Part shown: piece by piece, positions 14,048 through 28,884 of the stretch
Numbering within the stretch: position 1 is the stretch's first letter
How the letters are laid out: each line of letters opens with the position of its first letter
NCBI GenBank assembly: GCA_964016885.1
Contig: OZ024741.1
Coordinates: 322,152,001-322,216,000 of the forward strand
DNA: 64,000 nucleotides
From: Eledone cirrhosa
Taxonomy: Eukaryota
Reading direction: 5' to 3'
Program-made: the position numbers and the translations under genes
The notes under the pieces: generated by a model
Databases searched by the model: none
The model's input: only the letters and a program-made list of their open reading frames with translations
Told to the model about the DNA's origin: nothing

Positions 14048-14963
14048 TCACTTGTTGCCCCCCCCCCCCACAAATTCCCTTTAATTTTAAAGTACTGAAC
14101 ATCGTAGTAGAAAGTATTGAGCGTCACAACATCTCGTTCCATTCTTTTGAACATATAAAACTCAAGGCTTTGACAGTGTTGGGTTAACCTACTAGCAGTA
14201 GGTAACATTTGCTACGGAACTTGCATTTTCAGGGACGCCGCTTAGTACTATACTCACTTTAACCTTTATGTAATATCATTAAGGACCCCTTTATGGTATA
14301 TGCTACAGGCCCCAAACTAACCTAATCCGGTACTGGGCTTTCAATAATCAGTTGATTTAGCATAGTTGTTAGAGCGTCTGATAAAATACCTGTCGGTATT
14401 TGTTCAGATTACATGCCTTCTAAGTTCAAATCCCGACGAAGTCAATTTTATTTTTCATTCTTTTGGGTTGATAAAATAAAGTATCAGTCCTGGGCAGTGG
14501 ACTAGCGAAATTGTTAGAGCGCCGGATATGATGCCTTGCGATATTTATTCCGGCTTTTTGCGATCTGAGTTCAAATCCCTCTGTGGCACACTTTACTCGG
14601 TTTAACACCACCACCCGGCTATTGGGTGTCTTTATCGGGGTCCACTCTGCTGCAAGTATTTGGACCAGGTTTCATGGATACCTCCCTCACTTCCTCCTAC
14701 TAGTCTTGGAGGACTTGAAAAGGGTAGTTGACAATACCTACACCTCTTGTCATGCCATGCTACGAGCCCTTAACACCAGGTAGAGCTGTAGGGGTGTCAT
14801 CATGATATACAATGAATCTTAGACACCTGGCGGAGCTCTACTCTTCCAGGTATCATTGCTGATTTCTTTCATGTAATGAGAGAGGGGGGGGGCAGAATGA
14901 TAGAGGGAGATGGGGAGTTAGTGAGAGAGAGGGGGAGAGGGAATAGAGCAGGAGAGAGAAGCA

Positions 14964-15005
<42 letters not shown>

Positions 15006-15630
15006 TGACCCAAGTATTAGGCTGATACTTTATTTATCGACCTCGAAAGAATGAGAGGCAAAGTTGACATCAGTAGAATTTGAACTCAGAGTGCAGAGAA
15101 TCGGGACGAATATCGTAAAACAATCAACCCGGCATTCTAGCAACAAAACCAATTCGCTGCTTTCCATCCCTTTTGACTAAACAGCGTGTGATCATGATCA
15201 CCTTGGCAACAGGAATGCCTTTGTGTGGTAGTTTGACCTGCTAGAAATAACTGTCGAATTATCTTCAAAATACACACTAGTGTCTTACTGTCTTACTTTG
15301 GATAATACAAGCCGAGTTATACTATGCTTGAAAAAGTATAGGTATGACCACGACTGACATTTGTATTAACCCATGGTCGAATTCCCAGGCTTTCAAATGT
15401 GTCCAGACCCCCTCTAGCACTTCCATCTTTCATTCCATTTGCAGGCGAATCCATCAGTCTTGTTTGCCTTATCAATAGTACAGCGTTGACTGGAATGCAT
15501 TTTGATCATAGGCTTGGATTTGGGTTTACTCAGGGCTAAACAATGACGATTGATAAAGAAATATGAACAGCGACTAATGTTCCAGTTGTTCGATTAACGG
15601 AATGGACTATGAGGCCCATCATTGGTTAGC

Positions 15631-15828
15631 CCAACATTTCTCAACCTTTTTATCCTTGTGGAACCCTTGAAATAGTTTTCATCTCTAGGAGAACCTCCAT
15701 ATAAAAATTATTATATACCATTATTGCTAAAAAAATGCATTAGCTTATTTATCACTGTTTTTCGCAGACCCCTAGCGATCTCTTGCGGAACCCTAGGGTT
15801 CCAAGGAACACCGATTGAGAAAGGTTCG
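15631..15828. mobile_element. hAT/Charlie-like MITE relic
   Basis: TTTCTCAACC ... GATTGAGAAA terminal inverted motifs and repeated internal GGAACCC. Confidence 0.55.
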
Positions 15829-16829
15829 GTTAGCCAGTAGTGGTGTGAAAGTTTAAAGTATCTAGATGGGACCCTAAATACCTGAAAGTCTAGGGAGTGG
15901 CGATGGGTTAATACTGCTTAGCGTGTACGCTTAACGTAATTCTCAGGGAAATTTAGCGTGGCACAGTGTTAGTGACTAGACTGAACAGGTACTGTCCATT
16001 TGAAAGGATTCAATATAGTTTCTGCCTACCAATAATCACTCACAAGGCTTAAACCGATTCGTGGCCATGGTAAAATCACTTACCCATAGATGCCACGCAG
16101 TGAAACTGAACCTACAATTGTGGAGCAAACTTCTTAACCACCCGGCCATGCTCCGTCCATCGCTTAGAGCCGTCGCACTAAAACATTTGAGTAGAACGTG
16201 GTAGTTTAAAAATACTATAAAATATAATAACTTTTAAAGGCGTGTGGATCGTGAGTTCAATTGCCGGCGGTCGTTGAGTCATTGAGCACAACACTTTATT
16301 TCATTTTGCTCCAGTCTGAAAAAATGAGTTGTAATTGTAAATCAAGAAATCAGTTACACACATTGTCACTCTGAAGCTACCTGAAAACTACGTTATGGGT
16401 ACACGTGTCAACCACTTTCACATGAATTCGAAGCGCAGGTGAGGGTGGGAACCAAGACACAATCTCTAGTTCACTTCTGTTTATCATTTCCTCCCAGGCT
16501 GTAATAGAGGAGTTTAAGACTTGCACTCTATGGAAAACTCTTGTATGCTTGTATAATTCTTATAGTTAAAACAGTGGAAGTGTTAGCGACGAAAGACACA
16601 AAAGAAGACCCTAGAATCGAAATGCCTAAAAGCAAATTTAGCGAAGACTAATGTCCTGATAAGTAGGATAGAAGACATAAACCTTATACCACCAAGGATG
16701 TGACCTTATTTGATACATCAAAAAGGGGTGGGTAGAGGTTTCACAACATGTACACAGAGATGTAATTAGATTAAAGGTAGTTTAACGGTGTAAATAGACT
16801 TTTTATGCGGCAGATGCATAGAAAAGTAA

Positions 16830-17410
16830 ACGTGAAACAGATTGCCTCAATTGCTAGAAGATGTTGATAGTTTTTGATACCTAGGTGACCTAATCAACGG
16901 TAGGAGAGGATACTTCGATAATGTGGTTGCCAAAGTATAAACGGGCTAGAATTTAAGGAGTTGGTACCACTGCTGACAACAAAGCACATCTCCCTCAAAG
17001 TGAAAGGTAAACTGTGTGATGGCCACGTACGAACTGCAATGCTATATGACAGTCAGACATCGACCTTGACTGAAGAAGATCTGCGTAGGCTAAAAAGAAA
17101 TGAAGTAAACATGCTCTAATGGATGCGAAATGTCAGTGTCCAATAAAGAAGGTAGCATAAGCGAACCAGATGCTATGTGCAAGGGAGAAAACTGCGATGG
17201 CATGGACATGTATTGCATATGGAAGTAGACAACGGTATTAAAAAATGCCGAAAAATCTCAGTGAAAGGGACTCGAGGATGAGGTATACTAGGAGGACATG
17301 GAATGAACTAGTGAAAACCATCAACTTCAGGATGCTGAATCTCTTGCGAGTGATGACAAAGGACGCGAAGATTGGAGACATGCGGTATTTGAAAAGATAC
17401 ACCTGCTAGC
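16830..17410 (+). mobile_element. Old RTE LINE 3' fragment
   Basis: Degenerate FKELVPLLTTK...LKVKGKL and LRWHGHVLHME motifs with stops. Confidence 0.75.
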
Positions 17411-17860
17411 ATAAGAATGTCACGTAGCATATGGCTCTCCCATCATCTCACCTTAGGAACTATTCTGACCACTCTCTGCACAGGATCACTCCCACCTCCT
17501 TCTCACCACATTGTTAAACCTCACCATACCTGTTATACATCCGGGACTCTTCATTGTGTCAAGGGTGCGACAACCTTTCTAGTGTTGGTGACGTGATAAA
17601 TGCACCCAGTACGTTCTGTAAAGTGATTGGTGATAGGAAGGGCATCCAACCATAGGAAACTTGTCAAAAGGACTCATCAGATGAAAACTTCCCTAGTGTT
17701 GGTGCAACGACAAAATGCGCCCGGCACATCTGCAGAGTGCGAGGAACATATTTAAGTAACATACAGATCCCTGGCATGTCTGATAGGTCAGTAGCTCCGA
17801 TTAAGTATTGAATTGCTAACTAGGAAAACGGACGTTAAATGATGATGAAGATGATGATGG

Positions 17861-17937
<77 letters not shown>

Positions 17938-17939
<2 letters not shown>

Positions 17940-19190
17940 GTGTGATTAAAAAAGAAACTAGCTCTGTGCACGTTTTGTGTCAGTGTATCATTTTCTAACC
18001 GATCAACCTTAAATTTCAAGACATGGAAAATATAGCGTCTAGGAAAACAACAAAACCAATGGAGGTGTAAAACATTCATACAAGCAGGTCCAGGAACAAT
18101 TTCATGCATTTTTGTTTTTAACGGACAAATCTCCCTTCAAAGCCAATATACAAAACTCGGTGAAAACCTCAACACAATGTTTGATAAGCATTCTACTCAC
18201 TCGGGACGACCTACGAAGCGTACACGACCAGTTATTGATATGGTCCGAGTGTCTGTGGAATAGAACCAAAAATGATTGCTGCACAGGAGAAGCTAGTCCA
18301 TGTGTCACCATAGAAATTTACAGAAGGGTTGTAAGAAGTACACCGACAGAATACAGACTAAATAAAAGTTTACTGTAGTTGATAAAACCAAGAGAAAGTC
18401 TATGGCTGAGAAAATGCTGGAAAATTTTCTGAATCTGCCGTGGACCTCTGATAAAACTCACTTTCACTTAGAGAGGAAGATCAATTCTAAGGACAATGTG
18501 TTCTGGGAGTTCGGAAAAAACTTTTAAAATGGTTGTGAAATCTCTCCACTCAGTTAAATGTACCGTTTGCGCTGCCATTTCTGATAGAGGGTTTATCGGC
18601 CTATTCTCCGAAGAAAATGGTGTCACTGCTACAGTCATATTTCAAAAGGTGCTATAGACCATGTATCCGTCTCTAATGAATACATTCTGGTTCCAGCCAG
18701 ACGGAGAAAGCCCTCACACCTCCAATGAGTCGCGAGAATGGCTGAAAAATAACTCTGGAAATCGTAGGAAGAGTGATTTTGAGTGGACTCCACACAGCTC
18801 CGATTTAAACACCCCTCCCCCGCCCGATTAATTTTTGGGGGTTATCTGAAGGATAGGGAACATGTCAACAAACCTAGGACCATCACTGGACTAAAGGAAA
18901 ACATCAGAGAGGACATCAGAGCCGTCCCTAGGTCTGGTTGTAAAGACGTTATGCTAAACTTCACCTAAAATAATACATGGATTCAAATGGGGATCACTTT
19001 CAACAGGTGTAGTAACTCTGGAAGAAACATTAGAAGATATTTGCTATGTTATTTTTGAAACATTTGAAATTTGTTATGTTATTTTTAATGATTTGAACTA
19101 ATTATATTCGGAGTTTCAGCAGTTTTTGTCAAAAAAATGAATAATGCAGACAAAAATAAAAATGGGGACAGTATTTTCAGTCGTGTATAA
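17938..19190 (+). pseudogene. Degenerate Tc1/mariner-superfamily transposase element
   Basis: Interrupted motifs WTSDKTHFHL, SLHSVKCTVCAAISDRG, WFQPDGESPHTS, WTPHSSDL, GYLKDREHVNKPRTITGLKENI; many stops and frameshifts. Confidence 0.8.
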
Positions 19191-19196
19191 GAGGGA

Positions 19197-19478
19197 TAAG
19201 TTGTAGTGTGCGGGAGAGAAGACTGCGATGGTATGGACATGTGATGCGCATGGAGGATAATCGCTGGGTAAAGAAAGCCAAGAAATCCCAGTAGAAGGAA
19301 GACGCAGTAGGGGAAGACCACGAAAAACATGGGCGGAGGTGGTGAGAGCAGACCTCAGATCGCTGAAGCTCACGGAGGAGATAACGAAGGACCGTGACAA
19401 GTGGAGAGATGCTGTGCTGAATAGGACCCGTCCCACACTTTCAAGTAGGGAAAAGCGGACGTAAAATGATGATGATGA
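19197..19478 (+). mobile_element. RTE LINE 3' end
   Basis: RERRLRWYGHVMRME...GRPRKTWAEVVRADL followed by an (ATG)n tail; near-identical to the 3' end of 26570-27200. Confidence 0.9.
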
Positions 19479-19484
19479 ATATGA

Positions 19485-19529
<45 letters not shown>

Positions 19530-19583
19530 TGATGATTAAGTATATATATATATATGTGAACCAAACACATACACACACACAAA

Positions 19584-19644
<61 letters not shown>

Positions 19645-20215
19645 TTCACGTACACTATATACATATATACAAACATAGATACACACACACACACACATAC
19701 ACACAGACACACACATATATATAAAGTAAGTCCATAGAAACATTAGATAAAATATATACATTATTTCTTCTCCCAATCAGCATAAATTAACCACACAAAA
19801 AATCATTTAAACGAGGCTATAGGTTTAAAATATACCTATGAAGAAATAGTAGATAAATGATACAGCTCTTTATCCGCCATTCACAGTTATAAATATATAT
19901 ATATCTAAGCAAAGAGATATTTAATTTGTTGGTTATTCAACAAATTTATTTATAACAGATTCGAAGCACTCTACAGTTTCTGGAGTATAATATCAATGAT
20001 ATTAATAAATGGAAATAAAAGCATATTTATATTATTATATATATTTCAAGGGTACCAAAAATGTTGGTACGCTCCCATCAGATAGAATATAAAATTTGTT
20101 TTATAAATTGTGACATATCCAAGAAACCAGACCTTATCGGTTCAGGTTCAGTTTGGATAGTATATATATATTCTTTTACACTTTTACCTGTTCCATGCGG
20201 CTGAGGCCATGTTGG

Positions 20216-20308
<93 letters not shown>

Positions 20309-20955
20309 TGGCTGCCAACTCGTTTTCGAGTACGGCCACTACTTTACATCCATGTAGGAGAACCCCTACCGATGCGCTGAACGAGTGTGACTTTTTAGTC
20401 CAGCCAGCGACTTGAAAACTATGGTACAAACAATACACTTGTGACAATTATTGGCACGTAGTGCTGGGCCCATGCTACCATGTGATGACAAGTGCAGAGA
20501 GATCTCCAGATATAAAGCAATGCCTGTGCCGTGAAGCTTTTATAGTGAGCAAAGGCACTGCACAAAGCCAGTCCCACTCTCTTAACCAAGATGATATTTA
20601 CCAAAAAGAAGAACAAGTCAACATCATTGGATACCACCAGGGTTGCAGGTGTTATATCAGAGTTTTCCTTCTCCTAGAATTCTGCCTTGACAAAGGCTAA
20701 GGGGTCATCTCTCCCGGTGATTTTGGATGGCCATTGACTCTTAAGAGCTCCTTTTCCCTTTGACAGGTTTTGTTTTTAGTCCTGCAGGATGTCCAAAGTC
20801 ACCCTCCTCACCAAGAAACCTTGGTGGGGTTGCCAGTTTAGTCGCCAACGACCTGACCATGAGACAGGTTGTACTGGGATACATGTTACCACTAGCACCA
20901 ACTGGTGACCTGACATAACATATATACGCACACATACACATATATATACATACAT

Positions 20956-20985
<30 letters not shown>

Positions 20986-20991
<6 letters not shown>

Positions 20992-21358
20992 TTGATAGCA
21001 CGGTGAAATACTGGTGTTGGTACCAAATCAAGCACTCTATGCACAGGCAGAGTGTATATAATAGAAAAAAAAGTACATAGGAGTTATGAATCCGACTTCA
21101 GTATCGATCTGCTCCTCAGACTGGTGATGCGATATATCTTTTGTCGCATCACCAGTCTAAGGAGCAGATAGATACAGGAGTCGGATCCATAACTATTATG
21201 GGTCACCTTGAGCCAATCTTGTGCGAAACGCGTGTAACAGGTCGATACGCAATAAATATTCTTCATATGCGTAAACGAAACTTCCTCGTTTATTCTATTA
21301 TATACACTCTACCTGTGCATAGAGTGCTTCATTTGGTACCAACACCAGTATTTCACCA

Positions 21359-21365
<7 letters not shown>
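20986..21365. mobile_element. Fold-back PLE-type module with nested inverted repeats and a long-loop hammerhead (21151-21242)
   Basis: Outer arms about 20986-21062/21295-21365; inner arms about 21084-21135/21140-21195. ACCAGT-CTAAGGA-GCA...TGC-GAAAC-GCGT-GTA-ACAGGT; the inverted partial copy has the intact core CTGAGGA. Confidence 0.6.
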
Positions 21366-21392
<27 letters not shown>

Positions 21393-21394
<2 letters not shown>

Positions 21395-21577
21395 GTTTCT
21401 ACTTTAGGCACAAGGCCAGCAATCACCCAGTGCATTACTGGTACTTTATTTTATCGACCCCGTAAGGATGAAAGGCAAAGTCAACCGCGGCGGGATTTGA
21501 ACTCAGATCATAAAGGGACGTAACTATGCTGGAAAGCATGGCGTCCGACCCTCTACCGATACTCCCAATCCACCGCC
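21393..21577 (-). mobile_element. Young tRNA-derived SINE (near-identical copies at 54857-55034 and 60609-60791; partial at 28789-28880)
   Basis: Minus strand GGCGGTGGATTGG...GAGTTCAAATCC (A and B boxes); 3' end ...GTGCCTAAAGTAGAAACAA runs into (TA)n. Confidence 0.85.
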
Positions 21578-21771
21578 ACTATATATATATATATATAGTG
21601 ACGAAACATAAGTCAATTGCATGAACTCATAATCCTTTATTTACTGCTATATATATTTCGATGATAGCCATTGAATAGCTATGACCTCATTAGGCAGTTA
21701 GTCAGTTCTTATATATGACAGCTCTGTGTTTATAGTGTTGATGGTATCAGAGCATTGGAACATACTGACTA

Positions 21772-21827
21772 ACTGCCTGATGAGGTCATAGCCATTCAAT
21801 GGCTATCATCGAAATATATATAGCAGT
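21772..21827 (+). ncRNA. Type I hammerhead ribozyme in an inverted-repeat module (21597-21706/21764-21875)
   Basis: ACTGC-CTGATGA-[G..ATAGCCATT/AATGGCTAT..C]-GAAA-TATAT-ATA-GCAGT. The mirror copy at 21643-21698 (-) has a mutated core CTAATGA. Confidence 0.8.
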
Positions 21828-22136
21828 AAATAAAGGATTATGAGTTCATGCAATTGACTTATGTTTCGTCACTATATATATATATATAAAGGGAGGGAGA
21901 GAGAGAGATTTATATATGTATACACAGACACACAGAGTCAGTGTGGTGTTTGCGCATCCCCTACGAGGAAAGGGTGAATAAAATAAAATATGATATCAAT
22001 AAAATAGTGACATATTTCATCGACTGTACCACTGACATACAATTCTATGGCTTTCTGCTAAATTGAGAAATCATTAATATATTTATTGTACATATGTTGA
22101 AAATGGAATTTTAGTATTTATATATATATATATATA

Positions 22137-22466
22137 TGAAAGAGGTAAAATAAGAAAATTATAAAAATTAACTTACTTACTAAAATTTCACTCCAACTAA
22201 CTAGTTTCTGAAAGGGAATAAATATGGTTTCCGAAGAAACGCACAGAGAAATCCTTTCGTCATCAGGGAAGTCTATTCTCAGCTAAGTTCCCAGGCAATG
22301 TGTAGACACAGGGAACTTATACAAAAATAATTCAGTGGATGGAAAAAAGCAAAGCGTGGACTAAGTTCCAAGACATTGAAAAAATCACTGCCTACTCGGT
22401 CGGTGACAAATGGAGTGAAATTTTAGTAAGTTAATTTTTATAATTTTCTTATTTTACGTCTTTCAT
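22137..22466 (-). mobile_element. Inverted-repeat module with a hammerhead-like motif on the minus strand
   Basis: Arms 22137-22196/22411-22466; minus strand CTGATGA-CGAAAGG...CCTTTCA-GAAAC-TA-GTT. A related arm fragment is at 53811-53865. Confidence 0.55.
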
Positions 22467-22571
22467 ATTATTGTTCTGCATCCCCTTGCATTGAACCACA
22501 AAGTTACTAAGACAAAACGTATATATTTGCTGGCATATATATGTTAGTAGATATACTAATTCTTTATATAT

Positions 22572-23266
22572 ATATACAAATTTTAGTACAGCATTAACGA
22601 AGCTTTAGGCTGCGACTAAGCTAACGAATGCAAATTCGGAATGTAGCTTTAGCACTCGATAGAGAATAATACCCCAGAGTAATAACAATACTTTTAGACA
22701 GTTTTGCAAATCAAATATAGCGATCGGCAGTCCAGCCGCATTGCCATAGCAACGAAAATGGTTGGACCCAGGAAAAGATTTTTGACTGACCTGGACCATT
22801 GCGCGGAGACCGAATGCAATATATAATGTATATCGTATAGCATACGATATACATCACATACAACACATAACATCCACGCTAGGTTTCTGTAAATCCGAGA
22901 TCGACTAATTCCGCTTGCAGGGGTCTGCAAGTTAATGGTCTTTGACGACAGAACAAAGGATTTACTTCTTCAACAAGTCTTGCGTTCTTTAGCCTCAGCG
23001 GGTGTGTTCTAGCAGTAAATTTCGCTATAGACACGTGGTTTTCTCCCCGTTTTGGCGGTGAATTCGAAATTTGGGACAAATGAATGAAATTTCCTTAGAC
23101 AAACCGAATTAAGCACTCAACCAGAAGTTATCAAACAAGCATAAACAATTAATCAATCAATAGAATTGTCTAATTAAATTAATCAGTTAATCGTTAATTC
23201 TAGGAGTTAAAATACAAATTTTAGTACAGCATTAACGAAGCTTTAGGCTGCGGCTAAGCTAACGAA
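22572..23266. repeat. About 700-bp unit bounded by about 55-bp direct repeats, embedded in (TA)n
   Basis: ATACAAATTTTAGTACAGCATTAACGAAGCTTTAGGCTGCGRCTAAGCTAACGAAT occurs at both ends. Confidence 0.8.
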
Positions 23267-23480
23267 TATATATATATATACACACACACAAACACATATA
23301 TAAACACACACAAACACACACACGTGCTCAAACACACACATACGTATAAACATTCTGCCAGGAGTTACGACAGGTAGATAGTATCAGCAATTGGAAAGAT
23401 AAATGGAAACATTGTTTCCTTGGTCCGATTTGACGAGTTCCACTCGACTTGAGAAGCGAATGAATTCTGAGATCTTGTCG

Positions 23481-23542
<62 letters not shown>

Positions 23543-23545
23543 TTT

Positions 23546-24085
23546 ACTTTGTGGCTCAATGAAAATTTAATAAATTAAATAATTCTTAGCCGTTTTGAAT
23601 GAATTCTTGGCGCGATCACTTTGGAAAATTTAGTGTCTAGATCAGAGCAAATGTCCTGATGAATCCGATGCTCGAGTTACATAATTATTACATAATTATT
23701 GGAAATCTCAAATGCAGACGAAACCATGGTAGAGGTATTTAAATGTATTCTATTTTCTCCTAGTTTATTTTACACCTAATTCTGTTTAATTGACTGTATC
23801 TGGGCGATTACGCTGTCGAAATATTCGATAAATATTCCGTTGCGGCCGACGCGAAGGGCTAGTTTCGGTTATTTGTTGGAGATTTCTTCATAGAAGCCTC
23901 ATTCTTATAGCCTGGTCTATTCGATTTTTTTTATATAGTTAATTATGCTAATTGGGAGAGGAAATGGTATATATTTTATCTTGTGATTCTATAGACATGT
24001 TTTATGATATATAGCTCTGATTATTTAATTTATTAAATTTTCATTGAGCCACAAAGTGACCCGTTGCAAAACACGTATATGTATG

Positions 24086-24144
<59 letters not shown>

Positions 24145-24690
24145 TTTTATATGTAATAATCTCCCATTAGGTTGAGATACACATTTGGCTGTATTGTGCT
24201 GTGCTTTCTAGCAAAAAAGCCACCAGCCGTAAGCAACTACCACACCCCTTCCAACCTGACCGCTACTACGTCTCGATTCTTAGCCATTTTGAATGAATTC
24301 TTGGCGCGATCACTTTGGAAAATTTAGTGTCTAGATCAGAGCAAATGTCCTGATGAATCCGATGCTCGAGTTACATAATTATTGGAAATCTCAAAATGCG
24401 GACGAAACCATGGTAGAGGTATTTAAATGTATTCTATTTTCTCCTAGTTTATTTTACACCTAATTCTGTTTAATTGACTGTATCTGATTACGCTGTCGAA
24501 ATATTCGATAAATATTCCGTTGCGGCCGACGCAAAGGGCTAGTTTCGGTTATTTGTTGGAGATTTCTTCATAGAAGCCTCATTCTTATAGCCTGGTCTAT
24601 TCGATTTTTTTATATAGTTAATTATGCTAATTGGGAGAGGAAATGGTATATATTTTATCTTGTGATTCTATAGACATGTTTTATGATATA
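23546..24690 (+). mobile_element. Tandem about 420-bp direct repeats, each with a hammerhead motif (retrozyme/pLTR-like)
   Basis: Repeats 23583-24012 and 24277-24690; CTGATGA at 23656 and 24350, each followed by GAAACCATGGTA. Short inverted arm 23546-23580/24022-24057. Confidence 0.75.
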
Positions 24691-24779
24691 TATATATATA
24701 TATATATAAGCTCTCAACATTCGTAGTTTGTAGTTACGATGGAGATTCAGTATAATAATAACATCACCATCTTTATTAG

Positions 24780-24837
<58 letters not shown>

Positions 24838-24842
<5 letters not shown>

Positions 24843-25652
24843 AATAAATTATCGAGAATCGGAATCTCGGCCCACGAAATAACGAAACACAATCTTCGAA
24901 ATGCGTGGCAAAGGGCTCAATAGTTTGGATAAACCAGAGCTATAACTCAACGTTTAAATACCAACACACAGAGATAATGCTTAAAATCATTCGCCCAGCC
25001 GAAAAAACGACCAGGAAAATTCGGGTCAGACAAATAATAATATAAATGAATGAAAAATTTTTACCCGGACCCGCTAGAAGGATGGTAAATTCTAGCATTT
25101 TGGTTTCTGCGGCTCCTAAATCAGTTACCGTCAGCCTACATAAAAAATATCCGGCTTCTGGCAGAATGATGAACGAGGAAACCACTTTCTCAACAGGCAT
25201 TTCGTTCAAAAATACAAAGGAACCCGTTACTAAATCCACGTGGGGTCTAGCAAGGGAGGGAACCCCTATATTAGGCGAATGAATTCAGAAGTGTATATTG
25301 TTGTAAAAATACAAAATATCACATATCGAATTAGAGTTTTCAACAGACGTGTTAAAATTAACATGAGCTATTCATCAGTCAATAAGATCAACTAAAAAAT
25401 CAATAAAATTAACTGGTCAATAGCTAAGGACTGGAGATAAATACAAATAAATTATCGAGAATCGGAATCTCGGCCCACGAAATAACGAAACACAATCTTC
25501 GAAATGCGTGGCAAAGGGCTCAATAGTTTGGATAAACCAGAGCTATAACTAACGTTTAAATACCAACACACAGAGACAATGCTTAAAATAATTCGCACAG
25601 CCGAAAAAACGACCAGGAAAATTCGGGTCAGACAAATAATAATATAAATGAA
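24838..25652 (-). mobile_element. Partial-tandem module with about 210-bp direct repeats and a degenerate hammerhead
   Basis: Repeats 24838-25055 and 25441-25652; minus-strand CTGATGA...GAAA around 25325-25380 without a clean NUH triplet. Confidence 0.55.
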
Positions 25653-26097
25653 TGATATATATAGATGGAAAAGAATGAAACGAAATTTCATTTCTCACTC
25701 TTAGTACGGCTGATACTTAAATATAAGTATGTATACGTACATACATATATGTGTACAGTAGTATGTATATACACACATGCACACATATATATGTACGCAT
25801 GGGTTTACCGAACATTTATTATAATTACCGAACATTATAATAAATGTTCGGTAAACCCATACGTACATATATATATATACATATACTATGTATATATATA
25901 TATATACATACTACTGTGCGTCTGTACAACCGTACTAAGAGTGAGAAATGAAATTTCGTTCCATTCTTTTCCATTTATCGTTTTCGGTGCACCGGGCCGA
26001 CTAACTCACTCGATATGCAAATTAGGCTGCTCAGCCGTTAATATACATAAGGAAAGTATATACTTTCAGACGTTCAATCATCTGACAGAAAGGTATA

Positions 26098-26138
26098 CGA
26101 TGCTGACGATAGCTAATAAGCTTGAAACTAGTACATCG
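26098..26138 (+). ncRNA. Minimal type I hammerhead ribozyme inside fold-back element 25660-26343
   Basis: CGATG-CTGACGA-TAGCT-AATA-AGCTT-GAAAC-TA-GTA-CATCG: perfect stems I and II, palindromic stem III ACTAGT, GUA cleavage triplet. Confidence 0.88.
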
Positions 26139-26555
26139 TTCCTGTATCAGTGTTGAACAAAAGGGCGACGATGGTTGCCGAGCACTGTATGGCGTAATTT
26201 GGGCTGTTTGTTTACAAATAAGCCGAACATTATAATAAATGTTCGGTAAACCCATACGTACATATATATATGTGTGCATGTATGTATATATATACATACT
26301 ACTGTGCGTCTGTACACATATATGTATGTACGTATACATACTTATATATATATATAAATAAACAAGAAGTGAAAGTCAACAGGTTATAATTAACGAATAT
26401 GAATAAACGAAATTAATTTTAACTTACACTTCTTGTTTTAAAATTACTCCGGAGTAAACAGACCAACCTGCGGACTTCGTTGAGTGCTCTATCCTGAATA
26501 CTGAAGTGTCAGTTAACAACCAACACATACTCTAATTTATATATATATATATATC

Positions 26556-27200
26556 TCATCATCATCATCATTTTACGTCCGCTTTTCCCTGCTTGCAAGG
26601 GTGGGACGGGTCCTATTCAGCACAGCATCTCTCCACTTGTCACGGTCCTTTGTCATCTCCACCGTGAGCTTCAGCGATCTGAGGTCCGCTCTCACCACCT
26701 CCGCCCATGTTTTTCGTGGTCTACCTTTACTGCGTCTTCCTTCTACTGGGATTTCTTGGCACTTCTTCACCCAGCGGTCATCCTCCATGCGCATCACATG
26801 TCCATACCATCGTAATCTTCTCTCCCGCACACAACAATCTATCCCTCTCAGACACAGTTTCTCTCTCAACACATCCATGCTGGGTCATTCACGCACATTG
26901 ACATTGCACATCCAACGGAGTATACTTGCTTCATTTCTCTCCAGCCGTCGCATATCCTCTGCAGTTGCTGCCCATGTCTCACTACCATGCAGCATCGCGC
27001 TCCTCACACAGGCATCATATAACCGGCCTTTCGTACGCAGGGAGAAACCCTTCTTCGTCAGCAGAGGAAGCAGCTCCCTAAACTTCTTCCAACCCGTCCT
27101 TATTCTAGATACTATGGCCTCGGAACGCCCCCTCCCATGCTAATCTGATCGCCTAGGTACCGGAAGCTATCAACCACTTCTATAGCACCCACCTGCATTT
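26556..27200 (-). mobile_element. Young RTE LINE 3' fragment with (ATG)n tail
   Basis: ORF 26573-26878 ...LRWYGHVMRMEDDRWVKKC...GRPRKTW and upstream RTGWKKFRELLPLL...MLHGSETWA. Confidence 0.92.
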
Positions 27201-27249
27201 GAAAAATGTGTCTATCAATGCAACTACTACTGTAAATATATATATAATC

Positions 27250-28560
<1,311 letters not shown>

Positions 28561-28884
28561 CCGGCATAATGTTAAGTGCAGCAAACACACACACATATAT
28601 ATGAATAAAAAATATGGGTGAAGACAGGAAAATGAACAAATACAGACAGGAGTCCTATCTCATTAGCTGACCCCTAGAGATACGCTGTTTCGATGCTTTA
28701 AGGTCAACACAACTGGCTCTAGTGCAGAAGGGACAGTAACAGATGTATAAAAGACAAGACAATAGTCTTAACAACTATTTACGAATAATTGTTTCTACTT
28801 TAGGCACAAGGCCAGCAATTTGAAGGGAAGAGGAAAGTTGATTAAATCGACCCCATTGTTACTGGTGCTTTTTTTATCGACAAT

